A DNA stretch of 64,000 bases from Octopus bimaculoides (lineage: Eukaryota), in contig NC_068994.1 in the NCBI RefSeq assembly GCF_001194135.2, positions 2,905,482 to 2,969,481 on the forward strand, in the 5' to 3' direction. The notes beneath the pieces were generated by a model that saw only the letters and a program-made list of their open reading frames with translations, was not told the DNA's origin and ran no database searches. A program made the position numbers and the translations under genes. Positions 27,407-42,300 of this stretch are shown one piece after another (position 1 is the first letter of the stretch; the number at the start of each line of letters is the position of its first letter).

Positions 27407-27729
27407 TCACTGCCTGGAATCGAACTCAGAATCTTGGGATTAGTAGCCCACGGGCATATGGCATAGTGGTTAAGAACGTAGGCTACGAACCCCAAGATTC
27501 CGAGTTCAATTCCAGGCAGTGACCTGAATAATAATGATAATAATAATAATAATAATAATAACATTGAAAAATACTTTAGGTTTGAAATTTCCTCAAGACA
27601 CCTGATGAAGGCTGGAGGGTATATCAGCCGAAATGTGTTAACAACAAACAAGATGAGGACAAATATCCGTCAACTGTAAATAATGTAAATAATGTACATA
27701 ATTCCTCATCTCTTAAATATAGAACTGTA
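27228..27729. mobile_element. Head-to-head inverted pair of tRNA-headed SINE-like elements, each with a hammerhead-like core
   Basis: Left arm ~27228-27448 is the reverse complement of the right arm ~27480-27692. A box TGGCATAGTGG (27459), B box GAGTTCAATTCC (27502), (AAT)n linker, CTGATGA..GAAA core at 27602-27633. Confidence 0.8.
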
Positions 27730-30700
27730 TTATTTCTCATTAGTTTTATTAAATATACAAAAGCGATAACAAGAAAAATCACTGCTATATATATTTAAAA
27801 AACTAAAATTACAATCTTTAAGATCATAATTTGATGATTAACATCACTAGTGATGTGTAAAGCATAGATGATTATAATTTCTTGCGATAACATATAGATG
27901 TACCATAAGTAAGTTATGTTTTCAAACATAAACATTTTCATGCTATCATGATTATAGAAAACTCTGTATTTAGCAAACTGTAAAAATATGATTTGATATT
28001 TGGTCATTATTTCGCTATTTTATTTAACTTTGTTTAGTGAATGTGGATGTATATTTAAATTAGTTCGTTTAATGAATTTGGATGTGTATTGTTTATCATA
28101 TTTTTAATAATAATCTTCAAATTCCAGGCTCATATTCTTTCGATGGATTCACAACTTATATAATTGCATATAGATAATATATATATGAAAGGAAAATTTG
28201 TCTATTTCCTTAAGTTGAAACCAAAAGAAACTCACAACATTACAAAATAAACTAGATATCTGAGATTGAACTTCTGGAAATCTTAGAGAAGTAAATTCAA
28301 AAACAATTTTTTAAATATGGACTTTTAAAACAAGTTAAAGAAAATGCATTTCATTTTCAAAATCTTTCTTTGTTAAAATCATAAACTGAATTGTTTTCAA
28401 TAATGGATGTAAAATTCTTCTGTGTTGTAATTAATACCATGCATGAAAAGATAGGTTTAAAGGAAATGTTGTTGAGCGGCATCATTAAAATTTAGTGTAA
28501 ATTCATGATTTCATTAAAATTTCATTAAAACAAAACATCTGATTCACCAATTTTTTCCAATCAACCTGATACTTTTACCCAGGCTGTGAGCTATACATAA
28601 CTCAACATGTATGATGTTAACTGCCATCTTATGTAATTAAGCCATTATAAGTTGTCTGTTGTTGTATTATAGATCTTTTTTAATTTGTAATTAAATTTTG
28701 TAAATATGGGGTGAAATGTAAAACTATTCTGATTGGCAAGCTCAATTATGCAATGCAGTTTTCCTTTTTTTAATAAACTGTTTCAAATTATGTTGATAAT
28801 GATGTCAAATAAATAAATCAATATTCTATTTATGTTGAGAAAAATAAAAAAAAATTATGTACAAAGCTATTTAGTGTTTTTACATATGAAAAGTTAAATG
28901 CCTATTTGGAATTTCATATTGTAACAATATAAGAAATTCTTGTTTAAATATTAAAGCCTTTGAAAGTCAGTACTAAATAACTATTGATATACACCATCAT
29001 ATTTTTCTCTTTCACAATATAATTTATTTTTTTTATTTTTTACATTTTAAGTTCACTATTTCAATGTACAAATTGTAATTTTTCTCATTAGCTGCCTTGG
29101 AATGATTCTAGATAAAATTATATGCATTCATGAAACTAAAAATATCCAACTTTAAATGAGAAGCATCTATATGAACATCATTGTTCTCTCTGAATAATGT
29201 AAGAATCCCTTGGAAATATAATAAAATATCAGTTCATGGACAACAAAAGATATTGTTTGCAGTTGCTTCCATTCATTACACTTTTTTAATTTCACAAAAT
29301 TATGAAAAAAGAATTATAATTTAAAGGTCAAATTTAATTTTAACTGAACTATGGTGATTATTTTTCTTGCTTAATTTAAACACCTAATTAAACATGTATA
29401 TAAGAAAAAACTATTTAAATTTATTTTCCAATTTGAATGTGGAGTACCATAATCCATGAAGTAATATTGCATGTATCAAAGTGAAAGAAGACATATTTCG
29501 AATAATATGTCAATTAACATATATTTTGTTCTTGAAAATTGGAACTTTTTTTACCTTATTAATTTGGACCTCAGGAAGGAGCTACGCCCATGGCCATTAC
29601 TCCACAAGACTAACAAGAAAGATACTGCTAATATTCAGCTTAATGTGCTACAAGTCAATTATTGCAGGAACTATATGTGATGTGTAGGGAGGATATTCCA
29701 GAAAACTAATGTTCAAGGGAAGAAGGAGAGGGCATGAGAGCCAATACTGAGAATTAGTTACAATGTGGGTAATAACTGGAGAAGAGGTAAGTGAGTCAAG
29801 AGAACCTGAGTGGAGGTGATTCAACACATGCCAGCACTGAAAAGCAAAAGCTATTGAATTAGTATCAGGAAAGGCAGAGAGAAGAGATGGCATATCAGTG
29901 GGCCAGAAGTTAAAATTTGTCAGTGACAAACTTTAATTTCAGGCAAATGAGTCTAACTTCATATCAATCAGTCAAGAGGCTTTCCCCTTAATGCAGCTAG
30001 GATGGTTGTGTGTTGTAACAATATCATCCCTGATATAGGAGCTGTATCCATTGTGGAGAACAATAGGTACCAGTTGAGCACTGGGGTCAAAAAGTTAACT
30101 GGCCCCCTCCCAACAATTTCAGGTCTTGTACCTATAATAGAAAGGATTATTATTATTATTATTATTATTGATTGAGAGACCGGTGTATGCCATCAAAGGG
30201 ACACTGGGGTAAAATATACAAAGCCCAGTCTAACCATCATGATTACCCATCTGATAAGGGTACACTAGGCACATGCATCACAACCATATGTACGCAACAT
30301 AGTGATCTCATATCAAGGTAAACAGTGCATGACCTTGCAGGTGGGGCCCAGTTAGAATTTTTTTCAGGTTCAGTTGCCCATCCCGCTCAAAAGGTCCCTA
30401 AATAAGTGTTGTTTAAGGATGTTGAACAAAACACCCATGTTTCCATAGATGAATTATCCAAACCCCAAAGAATTCCTCTCAACACATGGCTATGATGCTC
30501 CCCCACTACTTATATTGTTATTATTATTATTATTCAACTTTGCCTTTCATCCTTCAGGGATCAATGAAATAGGTACCAGTTCAACACCGAGGTCAGTGTA
30601 ATTAACTGGCCCCCTTCCTCAAAATTTAAGATCTTGCACCTATAATAGAAAGGATTATTATTATTATTATTATTGTTATTATTATTATTATTATTATTAT

Positions 30701-30854
30701 TTGACTTTGCCTTTTATCCTTTCGGAGTCGATTAAATAAGTACTAGTTATGTTCTGAGGTTAATGTAATTGACTTAATCCCTTCCCCCAAATTTGAGGTC
30801 TTGTGCTTCCAGCAGAAAGAATTATTATTATTATTATTATTTTGTTGTTGTTGA

Positions 30855-30855
30855 T

Positions 30856-30904
<49 letters not shown>
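30855..30904. repeat. (TAG)n microsatellite within a cluster of SINE fragments and (TTA)n tracts (30060-30904)
   Basis: Direct trinucleotide array. Confidence 0.9.
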
Positions 30905-30905
<1 letters not shown>

Positions 30906-31399
30906 TTAAATTAATTTATAACCACATTCCTAACAAATAAATCTTACTGATTCCTATCCAAGCCTTCTCTAATTGAAGCTAAAGCTTTTCAGAGTAAAAA
31001 CATTTTTTTCTCCTTAATATACTTGAAGTAAACTATGCTAATCATTGCAGCAATTGTGAGTAGATTACTAATAAGTCACACAATGTTAAACCTAAATAAT
31101 ATACTTTGACAAGTAGTGCTAAGTCAAGAAAAAAATGAAAATCCATAATCCTTAATGGGAAACAAGAAGCATGTACAGACTATTTCAGCAGCTGCAATAA
31201 CAGTAGTTTGCAGCCAAAAATCAACTATAGCCTTAAATACAAACAATCATCACAATGCAAAGTATAGCCTTAGATAGAGCCTATCATAAAGCAGACAGAA
31301 ATTTGGGGAAGGGATCCTACTGTTCATGAAAGGCATAGGAGAGAACAATGACTGCAGAAGTAGGGCAAAGAGAAGAGAGACAGAGAATGAAGTAGAGGA

Positions 31400-32050
31400 A
31401 AAAGAAAATATTAGAATGACAAATCCTTTGTCCTTTAATAAAAGAATGCGGAATGTTGTATTGACAAATAATCATCAATGTGAAAATTAAACAGTATGCA
31501 ATAATACTGTGATATAACCTATCCACAAAGTTTGTATAAAATATTTTAAGGGATTGTATCATTCCTAGTTCATTAGCACTCCATTACCAAAGGTATTGAT
31601 GAAAATTATATCAGAACTGATGGATATACTATAACTTAAAAATTATCAAATAAGTATAACATACTCATACACATGTTTCAAATGTAATCATATCCAATAT
31701 TTCCCATTATTATATTTACGTTCAAAACAGAGGAAATTAGATATTTGCATCTTAATTATTTTTCCAACAACATTCCACAAAAAGAAAACAGTACTTCTAC
31801 AAATTATCAAAAATTCTACTCTAATTTCTACTGACTCATCATCTAAAGAGAAAAAAACTATCAAGAGAAGAATCAGATTAATCTAAAGACATATCATTAA
31901 AAATAAATATATAAATAGAACTGAAAGATTAACAATTTTTTAAAAAATTTTCCAGAAAATATTATTTTATAAAATTCCGAAGTAACATAATCTAAAACAT
32001 GAATGCCAATACTATGTGTCATTAGGAAAAAAGTCATTTCTATTAACAGG
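31400..32050 (+). mobile_element. Possible very degenerate Penelope-like RT remnant
   Basis: Only faint peptide resemblance (DI..LKN..., KNFPE..) with many stops; recognised by eye only. Confidence 0.25.
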
Positions 32051-34539
32051 GGGAAACCAAGGGTGGAGGGGAGACAAAAACATGAGAAAATATATGGAAA
32101 GGAGAAAGAATTTGTTGAGATACCAGCATCTGGAAATCGAGTTAAATTATTCAAACTAGTTCTTTTAAGTACATTATTCAACTTTAAAATATCTACTTAA
32201 AGGTCTAAATTTGATTTTTAAAAATATTGAATTCTCATTAGAAAAATTGATTTAAAAACTTTTTAGTGTTTAAATATACATGAAGGCAGGAAAGTAGAAA
32301 ATTGTTTCTATGCCTTAAAATGTTGAAGGGATGTTCTTGTAATACCAGCAAAAAACTCCATGTTTTATAACAATTCTTGTTTTACTTAGCTTCTAATAAA
32401 AATTATAAAAGTTTCCTCTGTCTTAAACCTATGTAAAAAAAATGAGAAAAATATTTACCCTTTGAGAACCATTATAATTAAGCTGCCATAAAGCAGTTTT
32501 ATATCCCAATCTATCTTTTGTTGAAGAATGTAATGTTTGAAACTATATTTTATTGAAATATATCAAGTTTATTGAGGCAACTTAGCTTAAAGAAAATACC
32601 AATTCTATTTTCTGGTAGATATTCAACATCATTACTGGAATAACCATGAAATTTAATTTCACAGTTAAAGGATTCAAATATCACCGTTGACATTTTATAT
32701 CCACTCTCCATGTTGGTATGGATTAAACAGATCATTATGGTCTGAGTCAGTTCATATTGAATGTTACTCCCATCTTAGTTGGGTTAGAGAACCACATCTT
32801 GCTCATAAATTTAGGTTTTGGTTTGGTTTCTATGGTAAGATGGTCTTCCTGTTAACAGCCACCTCACGACACATACTGGGTGCATTTTAATGTAGGACCA
32901 GCATAAGAGAGGCTATCATGTCTCCAGCAAACAAAAGCTCTTTCACTCCCACATTCTCAACTCATTCATCAACCACTTTACTGCACATACTGGATGTATT
33001 TTATCATGGTACCAATGCAAGTGAGACTGCCTTTTATCCCTTAAGACTAAAGAGTCTTCACTACTCTATAAAGTGGTCGTTCACTCAAGTTAATGTGCTT
33101 AAGAAAATAGAAAGAGCAATGACAGAAGAACTAGGAGGGAGCAGTTAAATATTGCAAGAGTATGATGGCAGAAACAGAGTGATTGCATGAAAGGATGGTA
33201 GAAGGGAAGAGAAAGTAATAGAAAGTATTAGAGTTGGATGTTGACAATAGTAAGGGTGAGTGATGGATGTCAATAGCAAGTGGCTTAAGGAACAAGAGAG
33301 CGATGACTGGTAGTAATGACTGGCAGTATAGAAAGGGTGACGGTAGGGTGTATGAGATACTGTCATCCTTAGTTACTCAGATGCAATACAATAGTAAATG
33401 TAAGAGAGAAGGAGGAAGTGAGTAAAGAGAGGAGAGTAATGGAGAAATGAGTGACAGAGAAATGAGAAGATACCAAAGAGGAAGTAACACATGCAGGCTT
33501 GATGAGGACTTATTGGGTTTTGTACACAGATGAGTCTTCTCCAGCACTGCATGTTACCACTCAGCCCAGTTCTTTGTCTATCTCTTTCATGAAACTCAGT
33601 ATCTAGAGGCCTTGATAGAATCCAAAATGTCTGTATTTTGATAGCTGACAAAATGCCTTTACACAAAGGAAACTGACACATTTATGCTTTCTCAACTGTA
33701 TAAATGTAACCAGTGGATGATGCTACATATGTAAAAATTCTGACAAGTTATATTTTGAGTAGAGTATGTTGTGTAAACTATAGTGTCAGAAACTTTTTTT
33801 GTTTTTTGGTAGTTTCTCAGAGAATGTTCCACGTGATAGCATTTTCATTTAAATAAGGGATCTTAAGATAACAACTGTGTTACAGTGGTTTCTTTCTTTT
33901 TATCTTAGTGTTTCATTACACTCTCATAAAGATTTGTTGTGATGCAATGGTATGCCTGGGAAAGGAATAAATGTGGCAATGTCCATTTTCCCAACTCTAT
34001 AAATCAAAAACTTTTATTAATATACACATAACTGTATTTGCAATCTTTATCTATGAGGTCACTCTTAATCAAGCATAATAATACAATGGTAAATGATGGC
34101 ATGTACTGATAATTGTAATATTAACTGAAGTAAATATGAACAAAAACATTAAAAAAAACAATATGTCAGTAAATTTGTCAAATTCAACATTACATATGCA
34201 TTTAACAATACTATCTGAATAACAAAAATGTTATTTTTAAGTTGTTGACTAATTTTTGTTTATTGAAATAAGTAAGAGATATACTTGCAAAATAAGTGAA
34301 AATATATTCAAATAAAATCGGTATTTCATAGATGTTTTTATCAAAATTACTTTTAAATCTATTTTTGATAGGGAAAATACATGAGAAAATGTTTTGTTTT
34401 TTTTTTTGTCAAAGGCTTTATGTATTTTATGTATTGTACAGCAAGCTAACTGTTCTGTACTCAAGTAATTTTTCCTGTACTTAGAGTTCATGCAATAGCA
34501 CAAATGAAGAGAAAAATGTTAGCTGCTGTCTCTCCCTAT

Positions 34540-34653
34540 CTGACTCACACCTCTAGTCCATCAATATTTTCACATTCTTGCTGCAGCAGTTATAAAGAAC
34601 AGTACAGAGATGTAGCAGTCTTGTCACATACACTAACTTCAACAAAAGAGCAA
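34540..34653 (+). promoter_or_regulatory. Second candidate promoter / leader exon L5 upstream of Pcdh C
   Basis: CTGACTCACA (34540-34549), then ctagtccatcaatat (cf. ccagttcatcaatat in L4), gcagttat and a CAA|gtaagt donor at 34654. Lacks the uATG. Confidence 0.5.
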
Positions 34654-36422
34654 GTAAGTTTTTCCACATTGCATTCTTACACTTACAATTTTTAGAAAAA
34701 ATATAATTTTAAAATATTTCTTTAAAAAGTATTTCTTTCAGAAAATATACAAATTTAACTTTTTTCTTTTATTATCAGAAGATAGTAATAAGTTTAGTTT
34801 GTATCTCACAAGGTGCTCACTCATCAAACAAATATTTAAATAGTTATATTACATTTATGATGCTAAAATATGAGTACTAAGTTTTTATTTACAATCAGTA
34901 ATCATTTATTAGTGCCCAGAAAACAAGGAAATTGCTTTTCTTTGAGTTATTGTCTGTGAAAAAATGTTATGCATTTAAAGAGAAGTGATTTCAGTATATT
35001 AATGCATAATATGATTTATTTAAAAGTAAAAGTAATTATTTCATTTACTCTTATTAATAAAAGAGAAAATACTGAAAGCGGTACAAATTTGTCATTATTA
35101 CTCAATTTAATACCTTGCTTTTCTATCTGTTCACTATAGACAAATTTTCCTACAAAATTAAATTGGCACAGACTTTTCTCCCCCACTAACTTTTCACATT
35201 TTCACATGCCCATAAAACTTTGTGAATAAGTTTAGTTGATCATGCTAGTATATAACTGATATTTATTTTATCAACCATTGAAGGCTGAAAGTCAATCCTG
35301 GCAGGATTTGAACACAGAACATAAAGCAATATAACCATATACTGTGAGGAATTTTTTTTTGGCTACCTCAACTTTCTTTCATATAAAAAAATATGAAGGC
35401 TTAGCAGTTTATATTGGCATAGTTCATGGATGAGAGAACCAGTAGGGCATCAAACAAGATATTTCATGGTATTTAGTTATGTCCTTTCTGAAGTTTTGAT
35501 TTTCATCCTTCTGAAACAAGTGCCAGTCAAATACTAAGTTTGATATAATAAACTACACCCTTGAAGGCATTCAATGACTAAAAGTAATTTTTAAAAATAC
35601 GACTATACAAGGCATTGGGATTACCACTTTATTGTATTATTTGATTAACTGAGAAACTAAGATAATATCTATATAACAATTATACTTAGTGAACCTAAAA
35701 CTTATTTTTTAATATTTTTGGTCCTCATACTTAGTTGTGTTACTAACCTGGTTTTAATGAGCTGGTTCTCAGAGCAAAGAAGGTTGGTATAAAACTATTA
35801 ATATAGATTCTTTGATGCAAAGATCCCTTTGTTAGTCAAATAAAACAATATCAGACATAGAAGTGTTTACCTACATCAGCGTCACATTAGATGCAATCCT
35901 TTAGCCACATTGAACACAAACAGCTAGTTGTACACAAGAAAATTAAATACAAGGAAATATAAATAATTGTTTATGATTGAGAATAATTAGCAAGGTCTAA
36001 GAGGTTCAACAAAGACTGTACAAGGCTCTGAGATGTTTGTTTTGTGTTGTTACCATGGGAATTCGTAATCACAGTAACTGTCACACTCAAGAGATGTTCA
36101 GATAACTAAACTAAAACAGGAACCTGCTTACTAGTCCAGGTAATGAAATATGTGGCTTGTATACATGGTTCCTTTCTTCCAAAGTGACACCATCCCAACA
36201 CAGTACTACTTTATATATAAGAATCATTATTGATAAAATGTATGAGTGATAGAAAATTTGAAAACAAAAACAAAAGGAGTGAATCCATTGTAAATTCTTG
36301 TCAATGCTATGTAAACAAAAAGTGTGGATGAATATAATTTTAATTTATGACCAATAATTATTATTTTTCTTTCTTTTAGATCTCAAATTAAAGATTATAC
36401 TGAACTCTAGTACAAACCAAAA

Positions 36423-38822
36423 ATGATAAGAAATATTCTTTCACTATATTTGCTAGACATGCTTCTGTTCTCTGTTGTGTCTTTAGACATTACCTACCAT
36501 ATCAATGAAGAAAACAACCCTCATGCCTACATAGGAGATATTGCTGCTGATTCTAATATGTCACATTTTTTTAAACATCAACAACACAATCTTGTTACGT
36601 TTACACAATTACAAAGGAAGGTGTCAAGTGGCTCTCATCTATTTAATGTCACCAACTTAGGGAAACTTTACACAACTCAGACACTGGATGCTGAGTCTTT
36701 GTGTACAATCAACAAAGAATGTTTTAAAATTGTTAGGATAGCAGTTCGGAAAAGAAAAACTTATGTAAAGATTTTAAAAGTCAAAGTAATCATAAAAGAC
36801 ATCAATGATCATGGACCTGAGTTTCCAGAAAGTGAAATAAACTTGCAATTTGATGAAAATGATCGGGAAGGAACTAAAAAGCCCATTCCAAATGCTATTG
36901 ACAGAGATATTACCATTCAGAATTCTAGGATAGCTTATGAACTGAAGGAAAATATAGATGACCCATTTTCATTGTCTCTTTCAAAAGACTATGATGGGAC
37001 TTTCATACCTGAGATAGTTCTACAAGGTAAGTTGGATAGAGAAAGAAAGAAACACTATATGTTAAAGCTGATTGCTAAAGATAATGGTATACCACCAAAT
37101 GAAAATATTTTACATTTTCAGATATCTGTAACTGACTCTAATGATAATAAACCATTATTTTCTCAAAAAGTATATAACATTTCAATAATGAATAAACACC
37201 CCAAATCAAAACCAATTTTAGTTTTAGAAGCCACAGATTTAGATTCAGGGACAAACGGAAAGATTGCCTTTAATTATAGTCCCAAAACACCAATTGAAAT
37301 AAGAAAATATTTTGAGTTGAAAAAGGCATCTGGAGAACTGTTTGTAAATGAGTACTTCAAAATAGATACCAAAAAATCTTACAAGCTGTTTGTTGAGGCT
37401 AAAGATGGAGGGAAACCTCCCTTAAGTTCAACAACAGTGATTTTAATTTCTAAAGAAAGCAATCATAATATTGCTCCAAAAATTGATATAGACTTTGTGT
37501 TTCCTTTGTCAGAAAGTTCGACTGCTCTTTTAGAAGACATTAAAGTTGGTAGTTTTATTGCTTATGTCATAATTACTGACAATGATATCGAAGAAAATGG
37601 ACAGATTAATTGTAATTTGGAACATGAAACCTTTGGAATATTTGAAATGGGTTCACATGAATATAAAATGACCACAAAATGTCCTCTTGACAGAGAAACA
37701 AAAGATCGCTATGATATTGTACTTGTTTGCCAGGATATGGGATTTCCACCACTCAAATCAGAAAAACAATTTTCTATTGAAGTACTTGATGTCAATGATG
37801 TAGAGCCACATTTTACCAAAGAGACATTCCAATTCCTCACCTATGAAAACCAGAAAGTTGACTTCCCTATTGGCTTCATTAATGCTACAGACCCTGATCT
37901 TGGAGATGGAGGCCAACTTACATATTCTATCATCAATGATAACAACAATGATAACATTCCATTCCAACTGACAAAATATGGATTTATTTCTACATCACAA
38001 CCAATAGATCGAGAAATGAAAGACATCTACAAGTTCCAGGTCTTAGTGAAAGATAATGGAACACCTTCACTGAATGACACTGCTAATATTGTTATTGAGA
38101 TTCTAGATAAAAATGATAATGCTCCGTATTTTACGTTTCCTAATAATGACCCTTACAATCTAGATGTCCACTACCATCCACACAGTAAGAAGGACATCAC
38201 AATTCTGAAAGCATCTGACAAAGACACTGGAAACAATGCTTTCCTCACATATGGAATATTAAAATCTAACGATAAAAACATGCTTACAGTAAATTCTTAC
38301 ACTGGGGTATTATCATTCTCTCGTATAATTAATATAAATGATGCTGGAACGTATGAGCTACAGTTCATGGTGAAAGACAGTGGTACTCCAGTTCAATCAG
38401 CAACAACTGTTATCATGCTAACACTGCATGTTAGTAATGATACATTTCCAATGCAAGCTGCAACCCATCTCTTATCTGGCAATGACTTAAACATAATTTG
38501 GGTAATAATCATTGTTGCAGCAGCAGTAATATTATCTGTGGGTATTGTAGTTTGCTTAACAATGTGTGTTTTCAGATGTATTAATCACATTAAAAGTTCA
38601 CCTTCAACTTCAGATAATCATAAAATCTTGACAGGCTCTAAGATGAGGTCAATGCCATATGAAACTAAAAATCCTGTTGCATTTACAAGAAATACAGAAG
38701 ACACATATAACAGAAATTGTCAGACAATGAGCTCAAAAAGTCATTATTACCCTGAGATGGAAAAGACTATCAATGAATGCAAATTTTCAGCAACAGCTAG
38801 AAAACTTCCACCAATTCCACAG
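36423..38822 (+). CDS. Protocadherin C, large exon (SP, EC1-EC6, TM, proximal tail)
   Basis: 811-aa ORF with six cadherin repeats and a TM. Acceptor ttttAG at 36378-36379; phase-0 donor CAG|gttggt at 38823. More diverged from A/B except in EC5 to mid-EC6. Confidence 0.95.
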
Positions 38823-39371
38823 GTTGGTAAAATTTATAACATTCATTTTATAGCTTAAATTCCCAGACATTTTAACCTCATTCTATATTTTTTAAGATTT
38901 ACATTATATTTTAATTAATTTAATCCCTGAGCATATCATGTACTACATTCCAAATATAGATGCATTTTTAAGGCTTAATCAGAGTGTTTATTTCTAATAC
39001 TGAGTTTCAGACTTTTAACAACTGTGCCTCTACCCCAACTTTTGAAATATGATACCACTTGAAACAATGTACAGCATGCATATGATATATGAAATTAATA
39101 GTACAGAAAATTTAATCATTACCACAATAACACATACCAAAAATATAAACATATTTCTCAGATTTTTAGTTATATCTACCCTAGTTTCAAGGAATTAAAA
39201 CAATGATATAGTTGTATATATCATATTTCTAAAACTAACAAACTAGTCAAGACTAGACCAAGTCCCATTCATTTGGATTAAAATTTAGACTATGTTTGAA
39301 TAATGACATAGCAGGTCAGTAAAAAATCAGGAAATACCATTTCAAACAAAAATAAAAGAAACCTACTATTA

Positions 39372-42300
39372 TATAGGGCAACAAAAAAAAAATTTTGTCA
39401 TGCTATTTAAACTTTTTCAGCTGATTTAAAGTAACTTTAGGGTGCTGAATCCGAATCTGACATCAGTTTTCAGACAGCATGTGTAGTTTTTTAGTTATTC
39501 ACAGCATCAGATTTTCCAACCAATTGATTTTCATTCATATACTCATCATTAAAACAAAAATAAGTGCTGATAGAGGGAAATGTAAGCTACCTGTTAAATT
39601 AAGGCAGTGGGGGCTAGAGGCTTCATTGAAAGAAAAATGACAACGCTATTCAAGAGAAGATTTGCGTTTTCAAACTCAGAACTGAGAAAACTGATAAGGA
39701 GGATACAGGAGGCGGTCGAAAAAGCCAGCGTCTATATATGGCTGAAGCGGGAAGACCGAATATGGCTTGAAAGTCATAACATGTCTAGGTGAGACAGGCT
39801 GACACTGAAGTGGCTTCGCACCCTCCATTGTCAGTTAAAGTTCAGACAGTGTCATGTGACAACTTGCTGGGGCTACTTGCTGGACCCTAGCAGCGGGAAA
39901 TTTAGACAGTGTCACGTGACAACTAGCTGGGGCTGCCTGCTGGAGCCTAGCAGCAGATATAAAAAGGAGAACTTGACATGATGATCAGTCGGACACTGAC
40001 ACTCGTTGATGCTTCATCGAAGAGGCCAGGGAATAGAAGAAAGAAGACATGCACCCAATACCAGAGCTGAAGACACCTCCGAAAGGAGGGGCCCCGCCAC
40101 GTCAAAACGGTAGAGGAGTAGGGGCCGAAACCGGACGTGGTTCCTCCTAATGATGTCTTGAGCTAACTGGATCCTATAAAGGAGCTGTTGTGGTAGCAGA
40201 CCACGAAACATGGTTGAAATTCCCCACCCAAAATGAGAATTTCTTTTACTTTGTTATCACTGTAATTATAGTAAAGTTATCCTCACACTAGGCTATTGAT
40301 ATTAGGTTATAGTAAGTCACTCAGACTCCCTTTTCTTGATAACTGCTAGTGCTATTAAAACAAAGTACATTAAATAAGAGAGCCAGGTTATATGAAAAGT
40401 AGTTTAGTAGTAAGTTTAGTCATTTATTAAAATGATCAATGTTTGAAATTTAGAGATGGAAAAAACTGTTTCGTGATAACCATAGCTTCAGTACATTCTA
40501 TAATAATTTCAATGATTTTTTTTTGAGAAATATATTTTGATGTTTTACAGTAACATTTACAGTTAATTTCATATTTTAGTTTACTGATAGGTTTCCTTGA
40601 TTGTTGATTTAGGTTATTACTGTATATATTTATGATGAGCAGAAAAGTTTGTGTTAATCACTTGGACAGCTTTTGTTATGTGTGTAGAAAATTTACACTA
40701 TAAGATCAGAGAAATAAGCTTACAAAGAAATTTTAAAATGCTTACAAGCTTCACTTTGGGTGCAAAGTTGGGGACCAAGATAAACTGTGGGAACCTCATG
40801 TTTGTTGCAAAAACTGCTACATAGCACTAACCCAATGACTGAAATGGTAAATGGAAAAGTATGCCATTTGCAGTACCAATGATGTGGCATGAACCAACAA
40901 ACCACTACACTGATTGTTATTTCTGCTTAATTTATATCACAGGTTTCTCAAAAAAAAAAACAAATCCAAGATTGTTTATCCAGATTGCCCTTCAGCTTTA
41001 AAACCATTTGCTCATGCTGTTGAAAATATTCCAATTCCAGAACCTCCTTCATCTTTTGACAAAGATACTTTAAGTGAAGAAAGTACTGCATCTACTTCAA
41101 TTGAAGGCATGCCGAGTGATACAGCAGATCACTGAGATAAACCAGGATCTTCAAAAAAAGTTCCTCATTCATTAAGTCAACTTGAGTTAAATGATTTAGT
41201 TAGAGACTTGGGTTTAGCAAAAGAAAAGTCAGAATCTTTTACACGATGTTGTATAATGCTCATATTTTCGAAAATGGCATACAGAATTGCATGAATTTTT
41301 TACAGAGAAACAGGGTATTTGTTTTTGTTGTGATGTTGAAGGACTCCTATGTGAGATGGGGTACAGCCATAATCCTGAAGGATGGAGATTCTTCATAGAT
41401 TCCAGCAAAGTAAGTCTAACAGCTGTTTTACTGCATAATGGCAATCAAAAATCTTCAATACCACTAGCACATGCTGTTGGATAAAAGGAAACTTAATGAA
41501 TCAATGAATCAATTTTGCACTTGATTAAATATTCTGAGCACAAGTGGAATATATGTGAGGACTTGAAAGTTATTGGTTTGCAAATGGAGTATACAAAGCA
41601 TCAAAGCTTTTTGTGCCTTTGGAACAGCAGAAATGACAAGCATCACTATGATCAAAAAGAGTGGCCAAAGAGAAGTGATTTCACTCCAGGGAGATACAAC
41701 GTTAAATATATTCCTTTAGTTGACCCTCAGAAAATATACCTTCCTCCCTTACACATTAAACTTGGCTTGTTTAAGAATTTTGTTAAGGTCATGAATGAAA
41801 ACAGTGAAGGATTCAAATATCTCAGTGAAAAATTTGTTTTTAGCAAGAGTGAAGCTTAGATCGAATCTGGTGTTTTTAATGAACTAGAAATTCACACACT
41901 AATTTGTGAAGAGCTTTTTCAAGAAAAATTAATCCCAATAGAGAAAACTGCTTGGGAAAAGTTTGTTTCTCTTGGAAAAAAATTTTGGGAAATGAAAAAT
42001 CATTTAACTCCATTGCAATTGTGAATGATTTTTTGAAAGCTTATAAGTAACTTGGGGCAAGAATGTCTCTAAAAATTCATTTTCTCCACTCTCATCTTTA
42101 CTTTTTTCCACCCAATATGGGTGATGTAAGCGATGAGCATGGTGAATGATTTCATCAAGAAATCAATGAGTTAAAAAGCCACTACAGTGGCAGACTTACA
42201 CCAAACATACGGACGGACTACTGCTGGTTTTTAAAACGAGAAACGGACATGCAACATAAGCATAAGAAAAGACACCAAAGCTATTTTTAAAACGCATAAA

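Noticed and set aside
27452-27524. tRNA-like sequence as a genuine tRNA gene (also 21120-21190, 52085-52157)
   Set aside because: A and B boxes are present, but they run into SINE bodies and tails that recur in the window. These are SINE heads.
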